Origin: Moniliella sp. 'wahieum'
Lineage: Eukaryota
Direction of reading: 5' to 3'
DNA: 64,000 bases
Assembly (NCBI GenBank): GCA_003971905.1
Contig: RSEE01000002.1
Coordinates: 1,240,001 to 1,304,000 of the forward strand
The position numbers were made by a program, and so were the translations under genes. Under the pieces are notes generated by a model. It had not been told where the DNA came from. It saw only the letters and a list, made by a program, of their open reading frames with translations, and did not search any database. Every line of letters starts with the position of its first letter. Positions within the stretch are counted from its first letter, which is position 1. Positions 51,801 to 64,000 of the stretch are shown piece after piece.

Positions 51801-52512
51801 CCCCACCATTCAACGTGAGGACGCGCTGGAGCGACCGATCCTCTTTAGCCCCTGGATGTCCAAGCACTCGGTTTCCGTCTCGCGCGATGCGTTGCGGAAC
51901 TATGTCAGTGCGCGTCTGCGCCAGTTTGCCGAGGAGGAGCTGGACACGAACTTGGTCCTGTTTGATGGTGTCCTGGACTTGGCTTGCAGCGTGCCGCATC
52001 CTGCGCCAACGGCAGGGCCATGTGCTGATGCTGGGTCTGTCGGGAAGTGGACGGACGACGCTGTCGCGCTTTGTGGCCTGGATCAATGGTCTGAGCATCT
52101 TCCAGATCGCGCCGTCGCACAAGTACGGCATGGCCGAGTTTGACGATGATCTGCGTGAAGTGCTCAAGCGCGTGGGATGCAATGGCGAAAAAGTCAACTT
52201 TATCATTGACGAGTCCCAAGTCAAGGATCCGGCGCAGCTGGAACGGATGAACACGCTCTTGGCCAACAACGAGGTGCCGGCCTGTTTGAAGGCGACAATG
52301 CGGCGGCACTGTTGACGGCATGCAAGGACGGAGCGCAGCGGGACGGCTTGATGCTCGACTCGCCCGAAGAACTGCTCAAGTGGTTCTCGAGTGAAATCTC
52401 CAAGAACCTCCATGTCACCTTCACCATGAACCCACCGTCGGCAGGAATGGGCTCGCGGGCCGCCGCGTCGCCGGCGCTGTTCAACCGCTGCACGCTGCTC
52501 TACTGCTGGTAG
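42814..52512 (+). CDS. dyn1: Cytoplasmic dynein heavy chain, N-terminal half of a split chain (tail, linker, AAA1-AAA4)
   Basis: [43 protein letters not shown] and [13 protein letters not shown]-loops [24 protein letters not shown] and GLSGSGRT. Ends [14 protein letters not shown] with no stalk, AAA5 or AAA6. Introns include about 46008-46089 and 50084-50173. Confidence 0.95.
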
Positions 52513-53161
52513 TTGGTTCGCTCCTCCGCCGCTCCTTCGTGTGCCGAAGGGGGGGGTGACGAATGCGGCGCTGCGGATAGGATGCGGATCAAGGGGACCA
52601 TGTTTGATGTGCTCCGTTCTTCCTTCTTCTTCGTTTTGTCTTGAGATGCGTAAAGCAATTGTGTTTATGATGATTTGATTGCGTTGTTGGAGTTGGTTGC
52701 GTTAAATAGAGGTGAGCAAGTATTAAGGTTACGCCCTGTCACGCGTCACGTCCGATCTCAGAGGATCCTACGGCCTACCGCCGCTCCACCTTAAAATCCT
52801 TGGCATAGCTAGTACTCCTACTACACTATGAATGTCGTGAAGAGAAACAAAGACTCCAATCGCATGTGAGAGACCAGAGGGGTTACGACGTGGAAGGGTC
52901 GATGATCGCTTGCCTATATACATATTTCACATGCCATCTTCATCTCTTCACAACACAAAGCACAATAAAAGGTGTTATATGCACGCTCCCCTTGGGAACT
53001 GGGAGCGTAAAAGGCACCAAGCATGGAGGCAACTATATATCATCGTATGCTCAATATGTATTAGAACTCGTATTGGCGGAAACACATGTATGAGAACAGT
53101 ATACGGACGACGCCCCGAGAAGGCACAAATGATTATCGAGATCATCGGCTGTCTTTTCTTC

Positions 53162-53170
53162 TTATAAATA
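53162..53170 (+). promoter_or_regulatory. Candidate TATA box for paralogue A
   Basis: TTATAAATA about 270 bp upstream of the coding region. Paralogue B has TATAAG at about 57974. Confidence 0.35.
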
Positions 53171-53433
53171 GTGTAGGTGAAACTGGTGAAAGGTCAGGGA
53201 GTGGTATAGCCCTGACAAACCTCTGATCTGTTGGGGAGCGAAGTGGTGTTCAAGTTCAATAGGCCGCGCCCAACCAACGCAGCCTCAGGAGCACTTTTTT
53301 CATATCTCCATTCTATATGGGGATGCACCGCACAGGGGGTGTCTTCGTTGCAATTAAGGCAGCGCAGCCACCCTTTTTTCCCCCATAGCGTATACATAGA
53401 CCACAAGGTAGAGTGCATCACAGTGGCGCAGTC

Positions 53434-56400
53434 CATGAGAACAGGAGCGTTCTGGGCAGTACTAACGAGACGCGACGGCTTCATATAAGACCAATTCATA
53501 TACACGGCTCTGGCATCCTCCCAACCCAGACGCTGTCTCCACCTCGTTCTATTCCCCTCCCCCACCACTTTCAACTCTCCGAATCGTGCATCTCCACCTC
53601 CTTACTAGGGAGATACCAACGACCCAGCTACTGATATTGCCTTGTTCCAGGCCAACACCTTCTCCAGCGACGCTGCCCTTTTGAGAACTTCCCGCCAGTC
53701 GATACGGCGAGAGATCATTGGAGCCGCGGTCAATCAACAATTGTGGAAAGTAAGATGAGAGCATCGTCCTCGCGTTCTCGGAGGACACCACCTAGTAGCA
53801 ACCTTCCCCCTACTCCCAAACCGATTCACTTCTGGATGAAGGCCATGATTCACCGCCACCGTCCTATGAATCGGTGTTAGAGCAATTCGAACAGCCACGG
53901 GCTGCATCGGCAGACCCCATCAATTCACAATCTCAAACCCCCGGACTGGATCAACCCGTCATGCTCAAAAGAAACTGGATCGAGCACTGATACGCTATAT
54001 CCACACGGGCCAGGATGAAGCATGGAGGCGATTCGTGGAAGAGGTCCCATCCCACTCAACAGTTGCCAACGCTTTGCGTCAAGTGACCATCTATGATATG
54101 GTTAAACTGCAAGCCAAGACGGTGGCCGACCTTCTTTGGCTTCATCACGTTGGCCTGCCCTCTGTCCTGAGAGAGGTAGAACCTCGGTGCAATGGGGTAC
54201 AAATTCACCGCAGAACTGCTCGAGTTGAAACCCGAAGATAGCGGAGGGTTTGTCTCGCAAGAGAATACGTTGATCCACCCTGCAAGTACAAGGGTGGCTA
54301 CTACCGCTCAGAAAGGGCTCAGCCCGCTGTTAGAAGTGACGCAAGAGCTACTCAATGCACTCCGAGTTGGGCTTACCGAAAGGAATGCCTACCGATTTGG
54401 AGCGCGCATCGGGAATTGTCTTCTCAATGTGCCAATGACCCACGCCTCGAAACTTCTCTCAAGACATTCGTTGAGGCTCGCATCATGGTTATGATGTACG
54501 AGCGGGTCCAAGAGCCTGCGGAGCCGAGGTACCACTGGACGAATTTTCAAGGTTGGCAAGGCGCCCGACATATGTCCCTGTCCGAATTCCTCTGTATCTC
54601 TTGCACCTGGATGCGGGACCTCCACTACGTTGCAGTAAACTCCATGACGGTCGCTCCGGAGACAGTGGGATTGAGGCGGAGAACGCGTGTCTCAGCGAGA
54701 TCTGTGAGAGGCTGTCCTTATTAGTCGAAAGGTTCAATGCGGATTATGAGACTCGGGCTGCCGCTCTCTCCCAAGCCTATTGGTTACGCCGAAGACTTCG
54801 CTGGCCACGCGAATGCCGCCTGGGGGATTTTGTGCTGGCCCAGGCCATGGGAATCGGCGAAGATGAAGGGGGTATGATCGGATCCTGGATGGTAGAGCGC
54901 GTGATCAACGGCTCGAGCAACCAAAGGGAGAGAATCTGTTTTGTCTTAACCGACAAATGCCACCTCCTACTCCATTATCATCGCCCTTCGCCAGGAATAA
55001 GGCATGAAGATGATTCCCGGCAAAATTGGGTCTTTGTTGAGGAGGAAGGAAGTTGGGAGGTTTTGCCTTCAGACAGGGTCAGTTCAGATCTCACTTTCTC
55101 TATGCGTGTGTGCAATCTGTTAACATATATGCCTTGTCTCTGCAGCCCATTCCTCTTCGCCTGCTGAGGTACCACGTGGCATCCACGGAAAACGATTCTG
55201 GGTTGTTTGAGCTAACGTACACGAACAATGGTGTCGATGGTGACGCCTCCGATCCCTTGTTGATCAAGACCGCGGCCAGGCGGAAAGAGATTGCCAAAAG
55301 ATGTGTGCGATCAGGGCGGAGTCATTGTGTTGCTCCCACCCTTCTTGAGTCGTGCACAAATTATTACAAGGTTGTGTCCCATCCCGCTGATCATGTTCCC
55401 CTTGAGATGATGTCAGAATACTGCCCTCCAAACCCCGACACCCCAAGACGCCTGCGGAGCGTTGTTAGGTTCGTCGATGGTACCGGCCAGAAGATGGAGG
55501 CAATCGTTTTGGAATTTCATGGGAACACCAGTCTCATTCGTGGCAGCCTCTTCTTCGGAAGCAAATTCCAAAGGCCAAATGCTGGCCTGTATTGCCGTCG
55601 TTGGATGTGCAACTGCGGGCGTGTTTTACTTTTCTTCCGGACCCATCTCTGGACTCTTGCTTGTGCTTACGGCGAATGGGGATCTGCAGGTTTACCCGCT
55701 TAGTGCGATTAAAAACGCACTCCTTTTTCATCTGCTATGCTTCTAATTAAAACAAAAGTCCAAACTTCTGGATTGGAACCATCAACGAGGAAGAACGGAT
55801 TGTCTATCTGGCGCAAACACCCTCTCCCAGACTGCACATCATCCGTATTGGCTGGCGCCGAAGCCACTTCCTGGCCAGGTCTGATGGCCCCATACATTAT
55901 GGATGACCGTGAATTGTGTCCAATTGTTGAATCAAAGGGGAAGGGAAAGCAGAATCGGGACGAAGAAGCGCTTCCAGCCCTCCCCCGATTCAATTTCTAT
56001 CTCCAAACCAGTTGGCCATTATCAAAAGCGAATCGAGCACAGTGGACTTGGTCACCTACTCCCAAGACAGCCAGGATGGAAATCATGTCTCTCCCATCCT
56101 TTCCGATTTGGGAGATGATGAAGCCGTCTCAGGAACCCGTCCAAACGAGCCCGGCGACGATACGATGCCCTTCATTTCTCCTCCACAAGATTGGATCCCT
56201 CAAATTTAAGTGTGCGCTCCGAGCTGGAATCGAGCCCCAGTTGCGGTTTACTCCCTTCGAGGCATGGGGCACAATGACCTGCGTCTAGTTTATCGAGAAT
56301 GCTGCTGTGTTTTCTCCGCTTCCTCTGGAAACCTCGTTCGACTCGAGGCAGCCTTCAAATGGGACCATTCCCGATGAGGTGGCCTTCTTCCCGCCCTACA

Positions 56401-56611
56401 TTATTGGCTTCCACCACTGCCGGCCTTCGCAATTTATGGCAAGTAGGGATCGAGGAAGTGCATCATGCCGTCACGGCGCTTTGATGTATCCCGATAGCCT
56501 TACCCGCCGTTTTTACAATGAGCGAATTGTGATTCCTTCTGACCACTCCTGCCGTATTCTATTCAACAAGAATCTTCAGTCGTGCAAGAGAAGGAGCCCT
56601 ATGTCGTGGTA
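53434..56611 (+). CDS. Divergent PH-like plus CNH-domain protein (Rom1/2 RhoGEF-derived?), paralogue A
   Basis: RLRWPR..RLGDFVLAQAMGI...GSWMVER, intron then R|PIPLRLL, and C-terminal AFKW..PDEVAFFPPYIIGF...EVHHAVT. Heavily frameshifted, and the start is uncertain. Confidence 0.6.
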
Positions 56612-58061
56612 ACCAACAGGGGATTCGATTCGGACCCATGTGTGGGTGAAGTGGTCACACTGTCGGCTACAACGACCGAGTGAGTGGACGATGATCTGCT
56701 TCCGTCTTTTTTCCCTTCCACATCGTTGTCCTTTTCGTTTTCCCGAACCCGTCTCTTTTGCCCATAAGTATCCTGATTCCCACCGGAAAACCATTTCTCA
56801 TTCGCTGAATCTCTTTATATAAAAGAATGATAGTTGTATACACTTCAGTCTATGTGGTTGACAAAACATGTATTATGATGGTTTTATCTGTAAACACCTG
56901 CCACTTAGGAGTCTGGCGATGCCCTTGGGGCACTGGACGGTCCTGACTCTATATTTTAGGGGAATTATTTCCTCAATGTCGTCCGAGTGGCTCAAGACGC
57001 CACATATACGCTTTGTGGACATTGTGTGGCTGTTTATATATACGTGCTGCGGAGGTGAATGAAACACGGGGTCTGTGGCGCACGGGAGGGGCATAGGCGA
57101 GAGGGTTGCAGATGCATACGGAGTGAGGGTGGGGAGTGTGGTAATAAGGGGCAGCGATTGAAGAGAAGAGCGGGATTGATCAAGGCCATTTTGAGGAGAT
57201 ACAGAAAGGTCGAAGAAAGAGGGGAGTGTGATGGTTTCGTTATCCTGTTACTGGAAGTTACTAGTTACTAGTGAAGTAGGAGATGCAGTTACTAATTGAT
57301 CATGCCTGGTTCATGCAGGTCAGTCGGCTTGTGTGCGTAGTATCCTGATGCATGAGCATGGCATGTAACAAAGCCACTATACTCTCACAGGCACACGTAT
57401 GAGGGTGTAAAAGTAAATAAGCACGAGACAGACTCGTATATGGCAGAGAGCGACGCTTTTGCATCAAATCCCAAATGTGCTGCGCATTTTGGACGCACTC
57501 CGCGGCATTGGCAGAGTTCTGATAGCTACTCTATGGCGCAATCAACTCGATGTGGACGCCCTCTCTGGATCCGATCGGCTGTGACATATGACATGTGCAT
57601 GTGACCGCCGCTGCTCTCTCAAGAGCCGCCGAAGCACTGCATGCCTGTTCAATATCAATGTTGAGGCAACTATTATTTTCCTAATTGAATGTCATTGATA
57701 TATTGCCAGTGGTAAAAGTGATCACTGGGCTATCAAACGTCCACATCTTACTGTACACACCTGATAGGGGAGGTGATGCATGATGCATGATCCATGTGGC
57801 GCAGCCACGATCGAAGGGGCAATACAAACAGTCCTCCAGAGCCCACATCAATGGAGATGGGTGGGCTACGGCACTAATAAAGTAAAGCTAATCTAACCGG
57901 CCCACGCCTTCGTTCACATCACTCCTCTCTTTTAGCCGAGACGGAGTGCCCTCATTTACTGAAACTTTTCCCATATAAGACCTTTGCTGGGTATAGGTTG
58001 CCATGAATCATGTTTAGCATCGCCACCATCGCCTCTTCTTCCTTGCCCCTCCAACTTCTCC

Positions 58062-60695
58062 ATGCAAACCCTAAAGGACAACGAGAGCCCCTCTATTCCT
58101 GAGAGAACACCCACACCCCACCCCGAGTGGCGCATGCTGTCGCAGGACACAATTCCTGGTATTATGCCAGTGCTTTCATCTGCTTCTACCTCAGACGACC
58201 AGGACACGCTAACATCCGCGCTGCCCATTGAGTCTACCCCACCTACACGGGTACAGCACGATTCCATCCACCCCGATGTGGGGCCAGGGTACACATCAGC
58301 TTACTTTCCACCGCCACACAATACACCCCCTGCCCACAACACCTTTGCGCCCTTGGAGTCTGTTGACGTATCAACAAACCCAACCTTTGACTTGCCACCT
58401 CCACCGTATGACGCGGTAGCACATGCCTCCTCCTATCAACCATTGGGCCAGATCCACTCATCAGGGTCCGAACCACCTCATCGACCTCAGGCAAAGATGT
58501 TTAAAGCATCGGCGGACCAAAAACTGAATAATAGTGGTGATCTGCAAAAAGCAAGCCACGCGCGCTCAATGACATCGTGGTCGCAGAGCGAACGAGTATC
58601 TCGGTCCAGTACAACAACGCTGAATTCCTCCTTTGATTTGGGTTATGCAAGAGAGGCTGAGGAGTGGTTCCAATCCTATTTGTTGCGTCAAAGACTAATT
58701 TGGCCTCGCACTTCTGACGGCCTGGGCGATTATGTGTTGGCGAAGGCTATGGGGATTGATGGCGAGGCCCAGGGGGTGGCCGGATCTTGGATGGTGGAAC
58801 GATGGATCGACAATAAAGAAAGGGAGGGCCTCTGTCTTGTCATGACCGCAACATCCTTCATCCTCCTTCGTCATCGCCCTCCACCGGGGCAGCATCCTGA
58901 TTATCAGGCTGTTTTTCTTCCCAATCGCACCTTGGAGATCGAAGGGAAATGGGAGTTTTCGATGGATGACCGTGTACGTTGTGTGGATTCCCTAAATCCC
59001 CAGACACATACCCGGTTATATGAAGAAGTAGTGCTAATATGAGTGCTTGTTCTCAGCCCATTCCACTTGGGCTTCTCAGGTTCAACATTGCACTAACTCG
59101 AAACGCGTATGGGTCCTTCGCATTCACATATTCCAACAATGGCTTAGACCAACCGCCCAACAAAGCGCTGCTTATTCAGAGCTCGACTACGCGAGATGAG
59201 ATTGAAAGTTGCCTTCAGCGGTTGGTGGCATCAATTCTTCCCTAATCCTAACTCTACCCATCTCCAGTATGACAACAAGAAGGAAAGCCCTGTCGCTAAC
59301 CCCATCGAGTCATGGGGACCCTTTCCAAGAGATCCATCCTGCCTTCCTGGTTCTTTGGAGTGGACGAGGTGGCGGAGCGCGGTTTGTTTGTGGACGGTGC
59401 AGGCCGGAAAATCGAGGCAGTGATCATTGAAGGCTATGAGGGCGGCAGTTCCTGCCGTGGCAAATTATATGTGGGGACGCATGGTGTACCCAAACAGAGC
59501 GTGTTACGGTCATTGGATCTGCAAACCGTGAGCGTGTTCTCCCCTCCTCGAGGAACCACTCCGGGAATAGTCATTGTTCTTACGGTGGAGGGGGATCTTC
59601 ATGCTTTCCCACTTGATGCAGTATCGTTCTCCCAAATGGAACGGAAGGGGAATTGTCTCCCGAGCACACACTTTTACTGGGCGGGGAAAGGGTGCAAAGC
59701 TACTCTATCGGCTCCATTAATGGGCAGGCACGAATTGCATATGTGTCGCGATCTGACGTACGGCAATTGAACGTCATTCGCCTCGGGTGGGCCAAAAGGG
59801 CTTTCCTTTCCTGGCATGCTTTGGCCCGAGGTGGCTTTCAACCATGTTGTGCGGTCCCTGCCCTTGGACCAGACGGGATCGGATGAGGGAAAGCCCACAG
59901 ATCGGATCCCGCGCGTCCCCGAGTCCAATTTTTCCAGCCCGGACGCTTGGTGCTTATTGATGGTAGGACGAACACAACCCACCCGTCAGTTACTCCCCAA
60001 AGCTCATCCTGACATTTTAGGACCCCTCCCGTTCCGTGACAGCACTGATGAACGGATCATATCAACCATACGGAAACTCTGGAAGAAATCAACATCGAAA
60101 TTGAAGTGTGGGAGCGATGATACAATGCCAGGCACGCCTTCGAAATGCGACTGCCTCCCCCCTGTACATCAACAGCTGCACTCGGGAAAGGTGAATCGCG
60201 TCCGACGCTGGGGGTGTATTCTCTTCAATCATTGGGGTACAACGAGCTCCGCATAGTTTACCGAGACTACTGCATTGTGGTTCATCTTTCCGGCTGTGTG
60301 GCTCGTCCCGAGTCCGCATTCAAGTGGGAGGCACTCCAGATGAGGTAGCCTTTTTGCCCCCCTACATCATTGGCTTCCATTACAACGCTTTCAACGACCG
60401 TCCAGCGGTAACAGAGATCCACCATGCGGTGACGGGGTTCCTTTTGTATGCCGGCCAGCTCTTTCCGGCCAATGAGCGACTGGTTTCCGGAGAAGTGAGC
60501 CCCCTTCCCAGCGGCATGTTCCAAGAGGATCAAACCCCTGACGAGGATGTGCAAGTGCCTCCTGTTCTGCTTGCCTCCCGACTCTCATTCAACCGTCCTA
60601 CTTTCGAGTGCTCACGCCTGCTCACATTGCCTCGCTGCTGGATTGATCGACTGTGTGGCCACACCCTCATTCAACCTTTCTTGGATGCTGTTTAG
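58062..60695 (+). CDS. Divergent PH-like plus CNH-domain protein, paralogue B
   Basis: RLIWPR..GLGDYVLAKAMGI...GSWMVER, intron at about 58973-59055 then R|PIPLGLL, and AFKWE.TPDEVAFLPPYIIGF...TEIHHAVTG. Confidence 0.65.
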
Positions 60696-61085
60696 TGTGC
60701 CTTCACCAGTCGGCATTGTAAACCCAGTCGGTTGCCATGCAAGGCTGAGGAGCTCGGATTGAATTCGGATTTTTGTTCTGCATTCACCACAGGTAGCAGC
60801 CATAGGGATATGGATGATGAGAGAGCACACAGTTCCTTTCAAAACACCACGGTCACGGTCATAGGCATGATGCATCCCTGGTCAGAACGCCTTCAGCGCA
60901 ACGTTGTATATTTCGAGAGGCATTTTTCATGCCATCCGCGACGCACCACTGGGCAGCTAGCTAGCTCCACGCTGTACTCCATTCCAGCCTTGGCCACACG
61001 CGGCTGGAGGCGAGAAGGCGCCCAGCGCGGCTGGTTCCGGTTCCTGCCGGGGCCAACGGAATTCGATTCGGCAGGCCCGCAGGCC

Positions 61086-61172
61086 ATGCATGACGTCATG
61101 CATCATGGCTTGACGGTCATGCGACCAGTCACCGGTCACCGGTCACCCGCCCTACATGATGCATGACCGTCA
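61086..61172. promoter_or_regulatory. Palindrome with CRE core plus an inverted repeat upstream of the patatin gene
   Basis: Perfect 18-bp palindrome ATGCATGACGTCATGCAT at 61086-61103. 12-bp inverted repeat TGACGGTCATGC (61111-61122) / GCATGACCGTCA (61161-61172) around (GTCACCG)n. Confidence 0.5.
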
Positions 61173-61379
61173 CCCGCCTGGTTCTCCAGCGTCGTCGGCT
61201 GTCCCAGGTGAAAGCGCCTCTGAGATCTGACCGACGTTCGATCCCGCTTGAGCGATTGGCCGGTGGACAGCCGAGCGCTGACGTCGGCGTGTGTTCTTCT
61301 CCCTGTGTGGACGCCTGCGGCCTCCACCCCATCAACCCCACCGTGCCCCGCGCCCCCCTCGCCCCCATCGCCTACCCCA

Positions 61380-64000
61380 ATGGCGGCGTCTCGTCTCGTC
61401 CGCGCCCGCGGATTCGCACCCACAGCAGCGCCACTCTCCTCGCCACCCTCCCCTGGATGTCTCCCCGCCCACCTACACCTACTCCAACCGCCTCTACAAG
61501 GCCGGCGAGCTCCTCGATCCACTCCTCACTGCCACCTACGACGAGCCCGACAAGGTCCTGCTTTTGCCGAGGCGCTCAAGTACGACGACCCCGCGTACGG
61601 TCTTGGCCAACACGACCCTAGCCCACCCACCTTGCTCGAAGACGCTGCCAGATACGCGGCTGAGGACAGGTCCGATGCTGCCGCTACGTCAAGCTTGTTG
61701 GCCCTGGAAGAGGAGCCTTCCCTACGCCGACGCACATCGCCTCGTACTTCCAGTCCAAGCGGTGGTAGTAAGCCGGGCCCGCGGCAGATCTTTGGCTTCC
61801 ACCCGCCAGCAACAAGAAGAACAGCGACATGTTTTGTCTGCCGCTTCCGATTTTGCCCCCATCATGCAGCAGCTCCCCGACGGTAAGCGTAGCCATCGTC
61901 CTGCCAGATTGCAGGGCACCGACACAGGCCAAAGGGCCGGCCAACTCTACGCTTTGCTGCGTTGGCCTTTGTTGGCACTCGTCTTTGCCTGGATTGCGGT
62001 CTTGTTTTACGCCTATGTATTGACACGCCAAGCTGTTAATCTTGGCGAGTATCTATTGACGTGGCGTGGTCCCAAGCGTAAACTCAGGGCCAAGCTGCGC
62101 CGGGCAAAGTCTGGGGCGAGTGATTTCCATTGCTCGTGAGATGGGACCAGCTTCTCGGCCTGGCTCGTGGAGGGAAAAGGGACCTAGTGGGCTGTACGAC
62201 TGGCTTTTGATCAAGAAGGTGACTCGCAGCCTGCGCTGTCCGTGAACGTGGCGATATCAACAATATCCTGGGTGTACTGGACCTTTGTCTCCGCTCCAAC
62301 TTTGCCGGCGTCGAAGGCTTCCGTCTGTACAGCGAGCCTACTTTGGCACCAAGCGCTTGATCGAGGATTACGTCGACGAAGTCGAGAGATCTCTGCGCTT
62401 TGTCGAGCATGCCGGACCGAACCTGATCTCACTTGAAAGCAAGCGCTCGTTTTACCGCGCGGTGCGGAAACGATTGGGTACCTCGGCTCTGTGCCTTTCG
62501 GGCGGAGCAAGTTTCGCCTACTACCACTTTGGCGTTGCTCGTGCGTTGCTCGATGCCGCGCTGCTACCCAAGGTGGTCACCGGTACTTCGGCCGGAGGCT
62601 TGGTGGCGCTTTGATCTGCACACGCCATGACCACGAGCTGGACCGTCTCCTCGTCCCCGAGCTGGCGGACCACATTACAGCCTGCGAGGAAAGCATCTTC
62701 ACGTGGGGTCCACGTCTGTGGAAAGAGGGCTGCCGCTTTGACGCTCGTCTGTTTGCCGAAAGGCCCAATTTTTTACCTTGGGATCACTCACCTTCCTCGA
62801 AGCATACCAGCGAACGGGAAAGATGCTCAACATCAGTGTCATTCCCTCGGATCGTAACAGCCCCGTTAAGCTCCTCAATTACCACACTGCGCCAGACTGT
62901 GTGTTGGAGTGCCCTCTTGGCTTCAGCCGCGGTGCCTGGTGTGGTATGTCTGCCTCCGCTTTTACCTTTTCTTTTTTTACCCTTCAACGCAGCCGATACT
63001 GACCTTTGCGTACGTGCTTTGGAAGCTTCAACCGATTTGCCTCATGCAAAAGTCTCGTGCAGGCGATTTGAGTCCCATGAACTGGGGCCATAGATTCAAG
63101 GATGGCTCGTTGCGCATGGACATTCCCCTTGCTGAGCTTCAATCGATGGGAGTCAACTATCCGATCGTGTCCCAAGCCAACCCCACGTACACCTGTTCTT
63201 CTTTGCGCCTCGGGGCATGCCTGGCCGACCTGTCGCCCATCGTAAGGGTCGAGGATGGCGGGGTGGCTTCCTCCTCGCTGCGCTGGAACATTTTCTAAAA
63301 CTTCAGCTGAGTTTGTCCTTCCAGTTTCTTAAGGACCTTGACATTCTCCCTCAGGTGCGGGGCAAGACTGGAGCTCTGCCTTCTCCAGTCGTTTGGAGGG
63401 ACCGTGACCATCTGGCCCAAGACGCGCGTATGGGACTGGCCTCGGATTCTGACTGACCCGGACCGGGCCGAGATGCTGCGTCTCTTGTCGGTTGGACAGA
63501 GTGTCACGTTCCCCAAGTTGGTACGTTGGGTTTCCTGTGGTTTGTCTTGCGGGCGCTGACTTGATTGTATCCCTCGTTCAAGACATGATTGAGAACCGTA
63601 TGCGCATCGAGCGAGCCGTGGAGAACATTCGTCGCACCGTGCACCACGAACTCAAGCGCGCCCGCGCCATCTCGAGTGGTCACAACCTTGCCGTCGAAGC
63701 AGGGATTGAGCGCGCCGTGGTTTCCGGCATTGGAAGGGCTTTGGCCATGTACCAAAATCACGAACCTTTGACTGATACCGATGGCGAGTTGGACGGTTCG
63801 GACCCGGCTCATGGCTCACGCCATGTCGCAGGCCGATCCCTTCGGTATTCATCGGTCGTGTTCAATGGCCGCCCCAGCTCGTCAGGCCGAGGCCACTCGT
63901 CTCCCCTGGCTGCCCGCCGGACTTGACTGAACCCAGCCACCCCGCAATGTCGCCGCCCAAATCCCGCTCTCACGCATCCGACGTGCGGCGGCTGCCTCGG
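61380..64000 (+). CDS. Patatin-like triacylglycerol lipase/phospholipase (Tgl3/4/5-like), 3' end possibly beyond the window
   Basis: LSAASDFAP, LLRWPLL, GTSALCLSGGASFAYYHFGV, GTSAG nucleophile motif, WSALLASAAVPG, FKDGSL catalytic Asp, IVSQ.NPH and WRGGF. The start is uncertain (61380 or 61457). Confidence 0.9.

Noticed and set aside
39752..64000. DGA1 plus patatin lipase as a lipid metabolism gene cluster
   Set aside because: They are 20 kb apart and separated by unrelated genes, with no evidence of co-regulation.

Overview
GC-rich fungal genomic DNA, most likely a smut-related basidiomycete (Ustilaginomycotina). This is inferred from the GTACGT/CTRAC/YAG introns, the gene content and a dynein heavy chain gene that stops inside AAA4. 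The window holds about 20 protein-coding genes: a YABBY/HMG-like protein, PhzF, NAM9, an expansin-like DPBB protein, CYS4, a CBS-PB1 protein, NDC80, COX17, an S53 protease, a USB1-like 2H phosphoesterase, DnaJ, a LETM1-like protein, AVT2, an amidohydrolase, DGA1, dyn1, two tandem divergent PH-CNH paralogues and a patatin lipase. Almost every gene, including essential ones, has several small frameshifts. These most likely come from an unpolished long-read assembly, so gene boundaries are approximate and all calls come from reading motifs by eye. The main points of interest are the split dynein, the lower-GC island just after the split carrying two degenerate Rom1/2-like genes with PPxY motifs, a TATA-preceded hairpin-rich non-coding region at about 13.9-14.35 kb, and several clustered cis-element candidates. 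I found no mobile elements, CRISPR arrays, tRNAs or rRNAs.
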